A stretch of 64,000 bases of DNA, from positions 49,981 through 113,980 of the forward strand of contig CAWAXX010000018.1 of NCBI GenBank assembly GCA_963786105.1, written 5' to 3'. Of this stretch, positions 27,655 to 37,768 are shown in pieces. Under the pieces are notes generated by a model. The model saw only the letters and a list, made by a program, of their open reading frames with translations, was not told where the DNA came from and did no database searches. The position numbers and the translations under genes are program-made. The DNA is from Vulcanimicrobiota bacterium. GTDB lineage: Bacteria; Vulcanimicrobiota; Vulcanimicrobiia; Vulcanimicrobiales; Vulcanimicrobiaceae. Positions within the stretch are counted from its first letter, which is position 1, and each line of letters starts with the position of its first letter.

Positions 27655-29057
27655 CTCCCAACGTTCTCCAACGCGGTTCGCAGCACGTCGCGCGCGATCG
27701 GCGCAGCGTAGGTCGCTCCATAACCGACGTTTTCTACGACGATCGCCACTGCGACGCGCGGCTGCTCGGCCGGCGCAAAGCAGACGAACCACGAGTGCGA
27801 GCGTCCCAGCGGATTAGTCGCGGTGCCGGTTTTGCCGGCAACCGTAACGTGCGGCAGTTTTGCCGGCGTCCCCGTTCCGCGTTCCACGACGGCGATCATC
27901 ATCTGCGTAACGTTCGCGGCGGCTTGCGCCGATACCGGGTTAGCCAACGCGCTGGAGGAATAGACGCTTGCCGGCGTGCCGTTGCGAACGACCTGGCGCA
28001 CGATGAACGGCCGCGGCTCGACCCCGGCGTTGGCCACCGTTGCTCCGATCAAGCCCATCTGCAGCGGCGTCACGAGCAGCGCACCCTGGCCGAAGCCCAT
28101 CTGCGCGAGTTCGCCCGGGACGATGCCGGCCTGCGGCGGCACGGCCGCTCGCTGGGCCGGGAGCTGGAAATCCAGCGAGTCGCCGATGGCGAAGCGCTGG
28201 AGATATTGGTAGAAGCCGTCGACGCCAAGCTTCAGCGCGATCTGTGCGAAATCGACGTTGCTCGAAAGTGCGAATGCGGTCGTGAGATTCTGATAGCCGG
28301 TCGCTTCGCTCTCGTTATCGTGCAGCGTATAGTTTCCGATCACCAGATATCCCGGATCCTCGAAGTGCGAATCCATGGTAACCGTACCGTTGTCCAGCGC
28401 CGCCGACGCCGTAAAGATTTTGAATGTCGACCCGGGCGGATAGAGACCGTCCAGGGCACGATTGAGCAGCGGGCTGTGCGGGTCGGTCGTGAGCGAGGCA
28501 AACTCGGCGTCGACGTCGTTGGGATCGTAACTCGGGACGCTGGCGACGGCCAGCACGGCGCCGCTGCGCGGATCGAGCACGACACCAGCCGCACGCGGGT
28601 ACTGCGAGAGCATGGCGTAGAGTTGCTGCTGTATAGCCGGAACGATGGTGGTGACGACGTCGGCGCCACGCGAGATTAGCGACTCACCGCGCAAGGCCGC
28701 GCGAATCTCGGCGGCTTGGGCGACTGGGTCGCCGGTCGTATCGGGCGGCGTGAGTGCCCGGTCGAACGCGTCTTCGATGCCGCTGGTTCCGAACCGCACC
28801 GATACGTAACCGACCGTTTGTGCCAGTGCCGCCCCCATTGGATACGCGCGCGATCCGCCCGCGCTCTGCGCGAGCACGGTACCGTCGGTCGCTAGAATGC
28901 GGCCCCGGTACGCGTCGAGCAAGGCGTGCCGCGGATTGCCCGGCTTAGCGGCGATCGCGGCGGCGCCGATGACCTGCACGTAGACTTGGCGCGCCGCCAG
29001 CGCCAAAAAAAGCAGGACGAAGATCGTCGCCAAACCCCGGATCGTGCGATTGGTCAC
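27651..29057 (-). CDS. penicillin-binding protein (class B transpeptidase, PBP2/PbpA-like)
   Basis: N-terminal TM; STFK active-site serine motif (PPGSTFKIFTA), SSN (LSSNVDF), KTGTA. Confidence 0.9.
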   Translation of the reverse strand: MTNRTIRGLATIFVLLFLALAARQVYVQVIGAAAIAAKPGNPRHALLDAYRGRILATDGTVLAQSAGGSRAYPMGAALAQTVGYVSVRFGTSGIEDAFDRALTPPDTTGDPVAQAAEIRAALRGESLISRGADVVTTIVPAIQQQLYAMLSQYPRAAGVVLDPRSGAVLAVASVPSYDPNDVDAEFASLTTDPHSPLLNRALDGLYPPGSTFKIFTASAALDNGTVTMDSHFEDPGYLVIGNYTLHDNESEATGYQNLTTAFALSSNVDFAQIALKLGVDGFYQYLQRFAIGDSLDFQLPAQRAAVPPQAGIVPGELAQMGFGQGALLVTPLQMGLIGATVANAGVEPRPFIVRQVVRNGTPASVYSSSALANPVSAQAAANVTQMMIAVVERGTGTPAKLPHVTVAGKTGTATNPLGRSHSWFVCFAPAEQPRVAVAIVVENVGYGATYAAPIARDVLRTALENVGS

Positions 29058-29761
29058 GTCGCGTCGCTCTTTTCCCGTAAGACCGTGTAGCCTCCGTCGG
29101 TCCGCACCGCGAGGTGCGAACGCCCCGAGTCCGCGTCGAGCAAGACGTTAATGGTGGAACGGGCCGTGTTTTCGTCAACCGCATTGACGGCTAGCACGAC
29201 TTCCACCCCGCTTTCGTGCAGCAACGGGGGCGCGACGTATGCGGCCGACGGCAGCGTTGCGAAGTGGCGTTGCTCGTAGGCACCGTTGCGCCACGGACCA
29301 CGGCGGCCGAACACTTGGGCGTGATAATCCCACGCACACAGCTGCTTCTCTTTCCAAACGAACTCGTCGCGCACGCACAAGCGCCGGCAGGCGGCGCACT
29401 GCACGACCGGGGCCGGCGCGTGTGCGAGCGCATCGGCGATCTCCTCGGGAAGGTCTTCGATGTTGAGCACGCTCTCTTCGCTGACGGACTGCGGAAGCGG
29501 CGCCTGCCAACCGATACGGGCCAGCAGCTCGATGTCGCGCATCGGTGCGATGAATGCGCGCTCGTCCTCCGGCGGAAAGGTACGGTCGATCCAGTCGAGC
29601 AGTCCGGCGAGCGCGATGCCGGCGTTCTGCCAAGCGTCGCCGATCACGACTCCGGCGGGCGTCCACGCAACGGGAATTAGGCGCGCGGTGATCGCGCCGC
29701 CTTCGGTGACGAAGCTGTTGACCACCGCCAGGGTGCTGGCGTTACCGCCTAGCGCGAACAC
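29054..29761 (-). CDS. hypothetical protein with Cys-x2-Cys-x3-Cys...Cys-x4-His cluster
   Basis: Part of ORF 29054..30133 downstream of the carB stop; first usable start is GTG 29761. QCAACRRLCVRDEFVWKEKQLCAWDYH. GTGA overlap with the PBP start. Confidence 0.5.
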   Translation of the reverse strand: MFALGGNASTLAVVNSFVTEGGAITARLIPVAWTPAGVVIGDAWQNAGIALAGLLDWIDRTFPPEDERAFIAPMRDIELLARIGWQAPLPQSVSEESVLNIEDLPEEIADALAHAPAPVVQCAACRRLCVRDEFVWKEKQLCAWDYHAQVFGRRGPWRNGAYEQRHFATLPSAAYVAPPLLHESGVEVVLAVNAVDENTARSTINVLLDADSGRSHLAVRTDGGYTVLREKSDAT

Positions 29762-29787
29762 CCGCGGCGTTTCGCGTAAATCGACGG

Positions 29788-32700
29788 CTAGGAGCCGATC
29801 GTCGCTTGCGCGGAGCGGTACTCTTGGAGGCTCCGAGGCGGCCCCGCCGTGCTTGCGAGCGCCTCCGCCAGCGCTCGCGCCGTATCCAGACTGGTCAAAC
29901 ACGCAATACCCGCTTCGACCGCCGTGCGTCGAATCTTGTAGTTGTCGGAGATTTCGCGCGTCCCTTTGGCATCGTTGATGACCAAGTCGACGCTGCGCGA
30001 AGCGATGAGATCGATGACGTGAGGGGACCCATCGGCAATTTTGTTGACCGCCTGCGTCGGTATTCCCGAGGCTTGCAGCACGGCGCGCGTTCCCGGCGTC
30101 GCGACCAGCGTGTGCCCCAGCTCCGCGTAGCACCGCAGAATCGGCACCGACTCGCGTTTCTCCTCGTCGGCGATCGAGACGAGAATTCGTCCGCCGCTTC
30201 CCGGCAACCGCACGCCCGCGGCCACGAAGCCTTTGCGCAGCGCGCCCGCGAAGGTGGTATCGATACCGAGGACTTCGCCGGTCGACTTCATCTCCGGGCC
30301 GAGAATCGTTTCGACGCCGCGCATCTTCGAGAATGAGAAGACGGGAACTTTCACGACGACGTAGGGAACGTGCGGATGGATTCCCGTCCCGTATTCCATA
30401 TCGCGGAGCTTTTCGCCGAGCGCGATGCGAGTGGCCGCGGCGACGATGTTGATACCGGTAGCCTTCTGAATGATCGGCACCGTGCGGCTCGCGCGCGGAT
30501 TGGCTTCGATGATGTACAGCTGTCCGTCGTGCACGACGAACTGCATGTTGATCAGCCCGCGGATGCGGAGCTCGCGTGCGATCGCGTGCGTAACGCCGGC
30601 GATGCGCTGCTCCATCGCGGCGTCGATGGTCTGCGGCGGATAGACGCCGATCGAATCGCCCGAATGAATTCCCGCGCGCTCGACGTGCTCGAAGATCCCG
30701 GGGATCATGATGTCGTCCCCGTCGAACACCGCATCGACTTCGATTTCCAATCCGCGCAAATACTTGTCAACAAGCAGGGGCGCGTCGTCGAGAATCGGAG
30801 GTGCCGACTCCGCGTACGACGCCAGCTGGCCCTCGTTATAGACGATCTCCATCGCGCGCCCGCCCAACACGAACGACGGACGAACCAGCACCGGGAAGCC
30901 GAGTTCGCGAGCGATGGCACGCGCCTCGCGGAAGCTGCGCGCCGCCTTGCCTTGCGGACGCGCCACGCCCAGGCGCGCCAACGCCGCATCGAACTGCTCG
31001 CGATTTTCGGCCATGTCCAGCGAACTGCGATCGCTGCCGACGATCGGCACGCCGCGCGCGCTCAACTCTCCCGCAAGATTGATGGCGGTCTGGCCGCCGA
31101 AGGCGAGCATCACGCCGCGTGCGTGCGTCGCGCGATACGCGGCTTCGACCTCGTCGGCGCCTGGAGGCTCGAAAACGAGCACGTCGGAGACGTCGAAATC
31201 CGTCGAAACGGTCTCCGGATTGTTGTTGACGACCACCGGGGACTTACCGGCGGCCTTGAGCGCCCAGGCCGCGTGCACGCAGCTGTAGTCGAACTCGATC
31301 CCTTGCCCGATTCGAATCGGGCCGCTGCCGACCACCACCACCGCCTCGTGAGGGGTCGGCCGCATTTCGTCGGCTTCGCCTCGCGAAAGGTAGTAGTACG
31401 GCGATTTCGCCGGAAACTCCGCGGCCGCGGTATCGACCATCCGAAAGGCCGGTTGCGGCCCGGTTGCCGCTCGAGCGCCGTCGCCGAACGCGCGCGTACC
31501 ATATCCCCATTCGAGCGCTTGGGCGTAGTCGGCATCGTTCGGATGAGCGCGCAGACGCTCTTCCAACTCGACCATATCGGCCAGTTCGTCGAGCCAGAAG
31601 CGATCGATCGCGCTCGACTCGTGGATTCGATCGATGGCGGCTCGGCGTTCGTTGGACAGGTCGAGCGTGCCCGGATATAGCGCTCGCCTGAGCAGCTCGC
31701 AAACGGCGAAAATGCGCTCGTTGGTGGGGCGAGCAACGATTGCTTCGAGTTCCGCTTGGCTCCATTGCGTGAATGCCCCGGTAAGCGTCTCGCGCTTGAG
31801 GTCGAGACCGCGTACGGCTTTGAGCAGCGCTGCCCGGAACGTGCGCCCGATACCCATCGCCTCGCCGGTCGATTTCATCTGCGTGCCTAAGTGCGTGTCC
31901 GCGATCGGGAACTTGTCGAACGGCCAACGGGGAATTTTTACGACGACGTAGTCGAGCGTCGGCTCGTACGCGGCTTTGGTGACGCCGGTAACCGGGTTGG
32001 GAATGCGGTCGAGAGTTTGACCGAGCGCGATTCGCGTCGAGATCTTCGCGATTGGATACCCAGTGGCTTTCGAGGCGAGCGCGGAGCTCCGCGACACCCG
32101 CGGGTTCACTTCGATGATAGCGTATTCGCTGCGTTCGGGATGCAGCGCGAACTGAATGTTGCATCCACCCTGAACTTCGAGCGCGCGGACGACGTTGATG
32201 CTGGCGGTACGCAACATCTGATATTCGACATCGGAAAGGGTCTGCGACGGAGCGACGACGATCGAGTCGCCGGTGTGCACGCCGACGGGATCGAGATTTT
32301 CCATGTTGCAGACGGTGATGCAGTTGCCGGCCGCGTCGCGCAGGACTTCGTATTCGATCTCTTTCCAACCGAGTAGCGACGTTTCCAGGAGGACCTGCCC
32401 GATCAGACTGGCGGCGAGACCGGCATCCAGCGTCTCACGCAGCTCGCGCTCGTCGTAGGCTATGCCGCCCCCTGTGCCGCCAAGCGTGTACGCCGGCCGG
32501 ACGACGAGCGGGAAGCCGGTTTTGCGCGCGAACGCCATGCCTTGCTCGATTTGGGTGACGATGGCGCTCTCGGGGACGGGTTCCCCGATCTCCTGCATTT
32601 TGCGTTTGAAGCGGTCGCGATCTTCGGCGAGCTTGATCGTCTCTACCGGAGTGCCGAGCAACTCGATGCCGTATCGTTCGAGAACTCCGGCTTCGTGAAG

Positions 32701-32991
32701 TTCCACCGCGAGATTCAGTCCGGTTTGACCGCCGAGCGTCGGCAGGAGCGCGTCGGGTCGCTCGCGCGCGATGATTTGTTCCACCGAGGCTACCGTCAAC
32801 GGCTCGAGGTAGACCGCATCGGCCACCTCAGGATCGGTCATGATGGTTGCAGGGTTCGAGTTGACGAGAACGGCGCGATGGCCTTCTTCGCGCAACGCGC
32901 GGCACGCCTGAACCCCGGCGTAGTCGAACTCGGCAGCCTGACCGATGACGATCGGTCCCGAACCGATGACCATCACGTTCCGGCGGGGCAT
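29788..32991 (-). CDS. carB: carbamoyl-phosphate synthase large subunit
   Basis: [26 protein letters not shown], duplicated ATP-grasp halves, 1067 aa. Confidence 0.97.
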   Translation of the reverse strand: MPRRNVMVIGSGPIVIGQAAEFDYAGVQACRALREEGHRAVLVNSNPATIMTDPEVADAVYLEPLTVASVEQIIARERPDALLPTLGGQTGLNLAVELHEAGVLERYGIELLGTPVETIKLAEDRDRFKRKMQEIGEPVPESAIVTQIEQGMAFARKTGFPLVVRPAYTLGGTGGGIAYDERELRETLDAGLAASLIGQVLLETSLLGWKEIEYEVLRDAAGNCITVCNMENLDPVGVHTGDSIVVAPSQTLSDVEYQMLRTASINVVRALEVQGGCNIQFALHPERSEYAIIEVNPRVSRSSALASKATGYPIAKISTRIALGQTLDRIPNPVTGVTKAAYEPTLDYVVVKIPRWPFDKFPIADTHLGTQMKSTGEAMGIGRTFRAALLKAVRGLDLKRETLTGAFTQWSQAELEAIVARPTNERIFAVCELLRRALYPGTLDLSNERRAAIDRIHESSAIDRFWLDELADMVELEERLRAHPNDADYAQALEWGYGTRAFGDGARAATGPQPAFRMVDTAAAEFPAKSPYYYLSRGEADEMRPTPHEAVVVVGSGPIRIGQGIEFDYSCVHAAWALKAAGKSPVVVNNNPETVSTDFDVSDVLVFEPPGADEVEAAYRATHARGVMLAFGGQTAINLAGELSARGVPIVGSDRSSLDMAENREQFDAALARLGVARPQGKAARSFREARAIARELGFPVLVRPSFVLGGRAMEIVYNEGQLASYAESAPPILDDAPLLVDKYLRGLEIEVDAVFDGDDIMIPGIFEHVERAGIHSGDSIGVYPPQTIDAAMEQRIAGVTHAIARELRIRGLINMQFVVHDGQLYIIEANPRASRTVPIIQKATGINIVAAATRIALGEKLRDMEYGTGIHPHVPYVVVKVPVFSFSKMRGVETILGPEMKSTGEVLGIDTTFAGALRKGFVAAGVRLPGSGGRILVSIADEEKRESVPILRCYAELGHTLVATPGTRAVLQASGIPTQAVNKIADGSPHVIDLIASRSVDLVINDAKGTREISDNYKIRRTAVEAGIACLTSLDTARALAEALASTAGPPRSLQEYRSAQATIGS

Positions 32992-33049
32992 GCTCGGGCC
33001 GCTCTATTGGCCTGTGCAAGCCCGGAGTCCTGGAAAGCGTGGAGTACCG

Positions 33050-33640
33050 TTAGGGTTGGAGTCTCGACACGTCCCAACCGGCACCGTCGCGAACGTACTC
33101 AAAACGATCGTGCATCCGATTGGGACGGCCCTGCCAGAACTCGAAACGCGACGGCTTCAGGAGATATCCACCCCACGAATGCGGTCTCGGCACGGCGTCG
33201 CCGGCAAAGCGCTGATCGAAATGTGCGAACCGATCTTCTAGTACCTCACGCGCCTCGACCGGCTCGCTCTGTTCCGAGGCCCAAGCGGCGAGCTGATGGC
33301 CGCGCGGTCGCGACGCGAAATATTCGTCGGATTCGTCCTCCGAAAGCATCTCCGCGATGCCCTCGACGCGCACCTGACGCGCGAGCGGCGGCCAATGGAA
33401 CAGCGCCGCCGCATTCGGGTTCTCCGCAAGCTCTCGGCCTTTGCGGCTGAAGTACGACGTGTAGAATCGCAGTCCGCGGTCGTCGAGTCCGCGCAGCAAG
33501 ACGATGCGCGCCGACGGGCCTCCGGCGGAGTTCGCCGTCGCCAGGCTCATGCTCGTGGGCTCCTTGATCCCGGATTCGGTGGCGTCGTCGATCCAGCGTT
33601 GCAACCGGCGGATGGGATCGGCGTCGAGCGATACCTGCAC
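33050..33640 (-). CDS. pdxH: pyridoxamine 5'-phosphate oxidase
   Basis: RIVLLRGLDDRGLRFYTSYFSRKGREL, QVRVEG, FWQGRPNRMHDRFEY, C-terminal SRLQP. Confidence 0.9.
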   Translation of the reverse strand: MQVSLDADPIRRLQRWIDDATESGIKEPTSMSLATANSAGGPSARIVLLRGLDDRGLRFYTSYFSRKGRELAENPNAAALFHWPPLARQVRVEGIAEMLSEDESDEYFASRPRGHQLAAWASEQSEPVEAREVLEDRFAHFDQRFAGDAVPRPHSWGGYLLKPSRFEFWQGRPNRMHDRFEYVRDGAGWDVSRLQP

Positions 33641-33697
33641 GCGGCGGTCATGCGTGCCTCGACCCCATCCGACCTCCCTTAGCCGAATGAGGCTTGG

Positions 33698-34099
33698 CTA
33701 GCCCGAAGCGGCGTGCAACGCAGCGCGCGCGAGCGCGATTCCGGCAGCGGCCGCCGAAATTCCGAGGATCACGCTGCCCGCGCAGTACGCTAACGCGAGG
33801 CCGGCAGCGCCATCCGACACGAGCGTCAGCACGTCGAAGCTGAAGGTTGAAAACGTCGTGAATCCGCCGAGTACGCCAACCATGACGAACGTGCCGAGCA
33901 GCGGTGAAACGCCGGTGCTGGACTGCGCGTACGCCGCGACCGCGCCGATGAGAAACGAGCCGATGACGTTAATCGCGACGGTATGCCACGGGAACCCCGG
34001 GCCAACTCGATCCACCATCCAGATCGTCACGGCGTAGCGAAGCATCGAGCCGACGGCTCCGCCCGCTCCGACGGCCAGGAACGCCAGCAACGGCCTCAC
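33698..34099 (-). CDS. crcB: fluoride ion channel CrcB/FluC
   Basis: 133 aa, 4 TM, GSMLRY and GGFTTFSTFS motifs. Confidence 0.9.
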   Translation of the reverse strand: MRPLLAFLAVGAGGAVGSMLRYAVTIWMVDRVGPGFPWHTVAINVIGSFLIGAVAAYAQSSTGVSPLLGTFVMVGVLGGFTTFSTFSFDVLTLVSDGAAGLALAYCAGSVILGISAAAAGIALARAALHAASG

Positions 34100-34437
34100 T
34101 TCGGCGCGCCCGCTTTGTAAGCGATCACATCGATCTTTTCCAGCGTCACCAGTCCCTCGGCAACCATCGTGTCGAGCGTGGGAAGGAAGGCCGCAACCTT
34201 TTCTTCCGAATCGACGAGTTCGATGACGATAGGCAAGTCGGAAGATAGATCCACGATACGCGCGGCGTGAACCACCGAGTGCGCGCCGAAGCCCAAAACT
34301 CCCTTAAATACGGTCGCGCCCGCCAACCCGGCTTTTCGCATCTCTTCAACGATGGCGACGTACAGCGGCTGACCTTTCCAGCGATCCGATTCTCCGAGGA
34401 ATATTCGTACGAGTTTAGCGGTGCCTTCGATCTTCAT
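34096..34437 (-). CDS. DUF190 (PII-like) protein commonly paired with crcB
   Basis: KLVRIFLGESDRWKGQPLY..GATVFKGVLGFG. 4-nt overlap with crcB. Confidence 0.8.
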   Translation of the reverse strand: MKIEGTAKLVRIFLGESDRWKGQPLYVAIVEEMRKAGLAGATVFKGVLGFGAHSVVHAARIVDLSSDLPIVIELVDSEEKVAAFLPTLDTMVAEGLVTLEKIDVIAYKAGAPK

Positions 34438-34530
34438 ACCGTGCCCTTCTTACCCGCCGCGCGTTGCCCCGCCCGGCGTTGGGGACGTTCGCTGCAGGAA
34501 GACGAGCTGCTCGCCGTTCATTCCATCCGG

Positions 34531-35007
34531 GTGCGTCGACGGCAGGCCTTCTTCCTCACGCTGTGGCGGCTCGCCGTCGCGCTGCAGTCTGCCGCGGTGG
34601 TTACCGCCTGCGCTCCGCACGTGGCATTTGCCCTGTCGAAGGCCGACCAAGCTCGCTTTGGGGACCGCGTCCTTCGGGTTTCCGTGCCGGGTCGCGACCC
34701 GATGATTTTTGGTCTGAACAACTGTGTCGCGTACAAGGCGCAAACCGCGCACGCCGACATCGTCGGATGGAACGTGGTCCTGGCGTCCGACTGGGGCCAG
34801 TCGAGCTACCCGAAATGGGCGACGGCCTGTACCTCACAACACATAACGTACGACGGCAAATACGTGATCGTCAGTTTTTGTGCCCAAGCCTTCGGCGCGG
34901 GAGGCGGCTGCGCGGGCGGTAACGGAACCTACCGCAGCCGAAGCGGCGATGCTGTGGGCTGGCAAATCAAAACCGGTGCCGGTTGGATCGCCCTGCCCCG
35001 AACATAA
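34531..35007 (+). CDS. small secreted Cys-containing protein, unknown function
   Basis: GTG 34531 within ORF 34267..35007 gives signal peptide VRRRQAFFLTLWRLAVALQSAAVVTACAPHVAFA. The mature part has 6 Cys. Divergent from the DUF190-crcB operon. Confidence 0.5.
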   Translation: MRRRQAFFLTLWRLAVALQSAAVVTACAPHVAFALSKADQARFGDRVLRVSVPGRDPMIFGLNNCVAYKAQTAHADIVGWNVVLASDWGQSSYPKWATACTSQHITYDGKYVIVSFCAQAFGAGGGCAGGNGTYRSRSGDAVGWQIKTGAGWIALPRT

Positions 35008-35026
35008 TCGAGCGCTCGCTCAATTT

Positions 35027-35947
35027 TCACGGATATCGACCGATGCCGAATCCCACCAGAAACGCCGTTAGCATCCCCAACGCACCGGCGACCGCAAACT
35101 CGAGCGACGCGTCGATCGTCTTACGTTCGAGCGCCGTGATTCGTCCGAGTCGCGCGAGGGCGTCTTGCAACTCGGTTGCATTCTCTGCGCGCGCGTACGC
35201 ACCGCCGCTTGCATTTGCATACGACCGCAGGGCGTCTTCGTCGATCGTCGCCTCGTCGCTGGTACCGGGAATCAAGCCGCCGTTGGGCGTTCCGATGCCC
35301 ACCGTATAGACGGGAACTCGATGCGCGCCCAGCCACTGCGCGATTTCCGCCGGATCGACGCCCGCGTTGTTCACTCCGTCGGTGATCAGGATGACGACGC
35401 GGTGACCGGTGGCCGGCAAGTTCTCCGCGGCCAACTTGAGTGCGTCGCCGATGGCGGTCGCTCCGTTGGGCAACGGGACTTCGTCTAACGCCGACTCGAC
35501 TTGCGGGTGATCGGCGCTGAGCGGCTGGACGATTCCGGCGGTTCCCGAAAATGCGACGATGCCGATCTTCGTGCCCGGCGGCGTCTCGTCGATGAAGGCC
35601 CGGGCGGCCGCCTTGGCTGCCTGCGCGCGCGTTGGCATGACGTCGGTCGAGGCCATCGATCCCGAGGTGTCGATACAAATGAAAACGCTCCCGTCGCGTG
35701 CCGGCACCGGCACCGTGAGGTGCGGACCGGAGATTGCCGCCAGCACGGCCGCCACCGCGACGATCCAGAGGGCTTGCAGTGCGCGCGGCACCCAGGCGCG
35801 CGGTTTAACGGCGGCGGCGAAGAAATCGATGTTGGAATACGCGAGATCGCGGGCCGTCGTGCGGCGCTGCAGACGGTCGTACGCTATGGCAAAGCCGATC
35901 GCAAGAGCCAGACCGAGCGCGAGCCAGAGCGGACGATCGAAACTCAT
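35027..35947 (-). CDS. VWA-domain membrane protein (BatA-like)
   Basis: N-terminal TMs, MIDAS motif ICIDTSGSMAS, VILITDGVNN, C-terminal TM. Confidence 0.85.
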   Translation of the reverse strand: MSFDRPLWLALGLALAIGFAIAYDRLQRRTTARDLAYSNIDFFAAAVKPRAWVPRALQALWIVAVAAVLAAISGPHLTVPVPARDGSVFICIDTSGSMASTDVMPTRAQAAKAAARAFIDETPPGTKIGIVAFSGTAGIVQPLSADHPQVESALDEVPLPNGATAIGDALKLAAENLPATGHRVVILITDGVNNAGVDPAEIAQWLGAHRVPVYTVGIGTPNGGLIPGTSDEATIDEDALRSYANASGGAYARAENATELQDALARLGRITALERKTIDASLEFAVAGALGMLTAFLVGFGIGRYP

Positions 35948-36774
35948 CGCAAGTGCACTTCACCGGGCCGTAAGCCGAAGGCGGCTCCCAGCGACCCTGC
36001 GCCGTCATGCTCGTGAAGAATCCCGGTACGCCAATTCGTCCTTGCAAACTCCGACACCAACGTCTCTTCGCGTTCTCGAACCGCGCACCGGTACGCGTCG
36101 CGTTCGCGCCGGCCGACATACGCGCGCAGCCGGCCGCCTTCCGCACCGCGCAATCGGACGAGGCCCGCGAGCGGAAGTTCGTCGTACCAAGGATCGCGCG
36201 CGATCAGTGCCGTGCAGTCGAAGCGCGCCCCCAGGTCCGCAAGCAGGGGCTCGTGTTGAACAGAGAGGTCGTACCAATCGCTGACGGCCAGCAGCGCGGT
36301 ACCGCGCGGCAGGGCTCCGCGCGCGGTTCCCAACGCTCGCCCCGCGTCGAACGGCGTGGCCGCCAGATCGCCAATCGAGGCGAGCACCGCGTGGGCGTTT
36401 CGCTGCAATGCCGCCGGGGTGACGGCGTCGGCAGCGACGTGCATGCACCGGTCGTCCGTCGTGGCCGCACCGAACCACGCGCCTATGGCTTCGCGCGCCG
36501 CCGAGAAAAGCGGACGCCGGCGTCCGACGTGCATCGACGGCGAGGCGTCCACGACGGCGGCGAGCGTCAGCGCGACGTCTTCGAGAATCACTCGCGTCTG
36601 CAAGTCACCCGATCGCGCCGTCGCCGCCCAATCGATGCGCCGGACGTCGTCGCCGGGCACGTACGAGCGAAGCTCGACGAACTCATAACCGTCGCCGCGA
36701 TAGACCGTCGGCGAGCCCGCACCGAGATTATGCGGCCGGCGCCTCGCTCGCAGCAGCGCATCGCGTATCGTCAC
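35944..36774 (-). CDS. DUF58-domain protein
   Basis: GDGYEFVELRSYVPGDDVRRIDW. Sits between the MoxR and VWA genes, as in Bat/MoxR operons. Confidence 0.85.
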   Translation of the reverse strand: MTIRDALLRARRRPHNLGAGSPTVYRGDGYEFVELRSYVPGDDVRRIDWAATARSGDLQTRVILEDVALTLAAVVDASPSMHVGRRRPLFSAAREAIGAWFGAATTDDRCMHVAADAVTPAALQRNAHAVLASIGDLAATPFDAGRALGTARGALPRGTALLAVSDWYDLSVQHEPLLADLGARFDCTALIARDPWYDELPLAGLVRLRGAEGGRLRAYVGRRERDAYRCAVREREETLVSEFARTNWRTGILHEHDGAGSLGAAFGLRPGEVHLR

Positions 36775-36796
36775 GTCACGAAGCGCACCGGTTGGC

Positions 36797-37768
36797 TCAC
36801 GGTGCCGGAACGGCGGCGATCAACGCATCGATCGCCCGATCGGCGCTTACGCCGGCGGTAGCGAGCCGGTAGTTGAAGCCGATGCGATGGCGCAGCGCGT
36901 GCGGCGCTACCGCCCGCACGTCGTCGGGAAGCGCAAAGTCGCGATCGTCGAGGAGCGCCCGCGCGCGCGACAGATAGGCGAGCGCCAACGTTGCGCGAGG
37001 ACTCGCGCCATAGTCGATCAGGTCGCCGGCCGGCAGCGGCGCGCCCGCGTCCGAGGCGACCTTGACGCGCTGCGCTTCGCGCGTGATCGCGACCAACTCG
37101 ACGATGTAGCGTTTTAACTTGTCGTCGAGATGCACCGCGTGTGCCTGCGCGCGCCAAGCGCGAACGTCGTCGAGGGTGGCGACGTGGTGGAGCGGCTGCG
37201 TATCGGCGATCGCGAACCGATCGAGGATTTGCAGTTCTTCGTCACGCGTCGGATAGCCGACGTTGACTTTCATGAGGAAGCGGTCCATCTGGGCGATCGG
37301 CAGCGCATAGGTGCCCTCGGAATCGAGCGGATTCATCGTCGCCATGACGACGAACGGATCCGGCAGCGCATGGGTTTGGAGCCCAATGGTCACTTGGCGC
37401 TCCTGCATCGCTTCGAGGAGCGCCGATTGCACTTTTGCAGGCGCCCGGTTGATTTCGTCGGCGAGCACGACGTTGGCGAAAATGGGGCCCAAGACGGTCG
37501 TGAACGTGCTCTCGTGCTGATCGAAGATACGCGTTCCCACGATGTCGCTCGGCAGCAGGTCGGGCGTAAACTGGATGCGTTTGAACACACCGTCCAAGCC
37601 GGCCGCCAGCGAGCGGCACGCCAGGGTTTTCGCCAATCCCGGCGGCCCTTCGAGCAAGACGTGGCCGTTTGAAAGTAATGCGAGGATAAGTGCCTCGACG
37701 ACGCCGCGTTGACCGACGATTGTTTGCGAGAGCGCCGCGCTCAAGTCGGCCGGCCTGCGCGCCGTCAT
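36797..37768 (-). CDS. MoxR-family AAA+ ATPase
   Basis: GPPGLAKT Walker A, LADEINRAPAKVQSALLEAMQE, 323 aa. Confidence 0.92.
   Translation of the reverse strand: MTARRPADLSAALSQTIVGQRGVVEALILALLSNGHVLLEGPPGLAKTLACRSLAAGLDGVFKRIQFTPDLLPSDIVGTRIFDQHESTFTTVLGPIFANVVLADEINRAPAKVQSALLEAMQERQVTIGLQTHALPDPFVVMATMNPLDSEGTYALPIAQMDRFLMKVNVGYPTRDEELQILDRFAIADTQPLHHVATLDDVRAWRAQAHAVHLDDKLKRYIVELVAITREAQRVKVASDAGAPLPAGDLIDYGASPRATLALAYLSRARALLDDRDFALPDDVRAVAPHALRHRIGFNYRLATAGVSADRAIDALIAAVPAP

Noticed and set aside
25552-27711. Very long ORFs antisense to well-supported genes: 719 aa opposite the PASTA kinase, 571 aa at 58268..59983 opposite clpX, 557 aa at 60384..62057 opposite tig, 436 aa at 30370..31680 opposite carB, and others.
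   Set aside because: The products are Arg/Ala/Gly/Asp-rich and low in complexity, with no motifs. Each lies exactly opposite a gene with unmistakable conserved motifs. High-GC genomes generate such stop-free shadow frames, and nothing in the sequence supports independent translation.
34438-34530. Possible fluoride (crcB-motif) riboswitch in the 93-nt leader of the DUF190-crcB operon.
   Set aside because: The leader (minus strand CCGGAUGGAAUGAACGGCGAGCAGCUCGUCUUCCUGC...) has a GAUGG and a GGAA/UUCC pseudoknot-like pairing. It lacks the conserved P1 closing strand, the AAAC-GCC junction and the CUGAUG segment of the crcB motif, and the space is shared with a divergent promoter. A cmsearch with RF01734 would settle it; by eye I cannot support the call.
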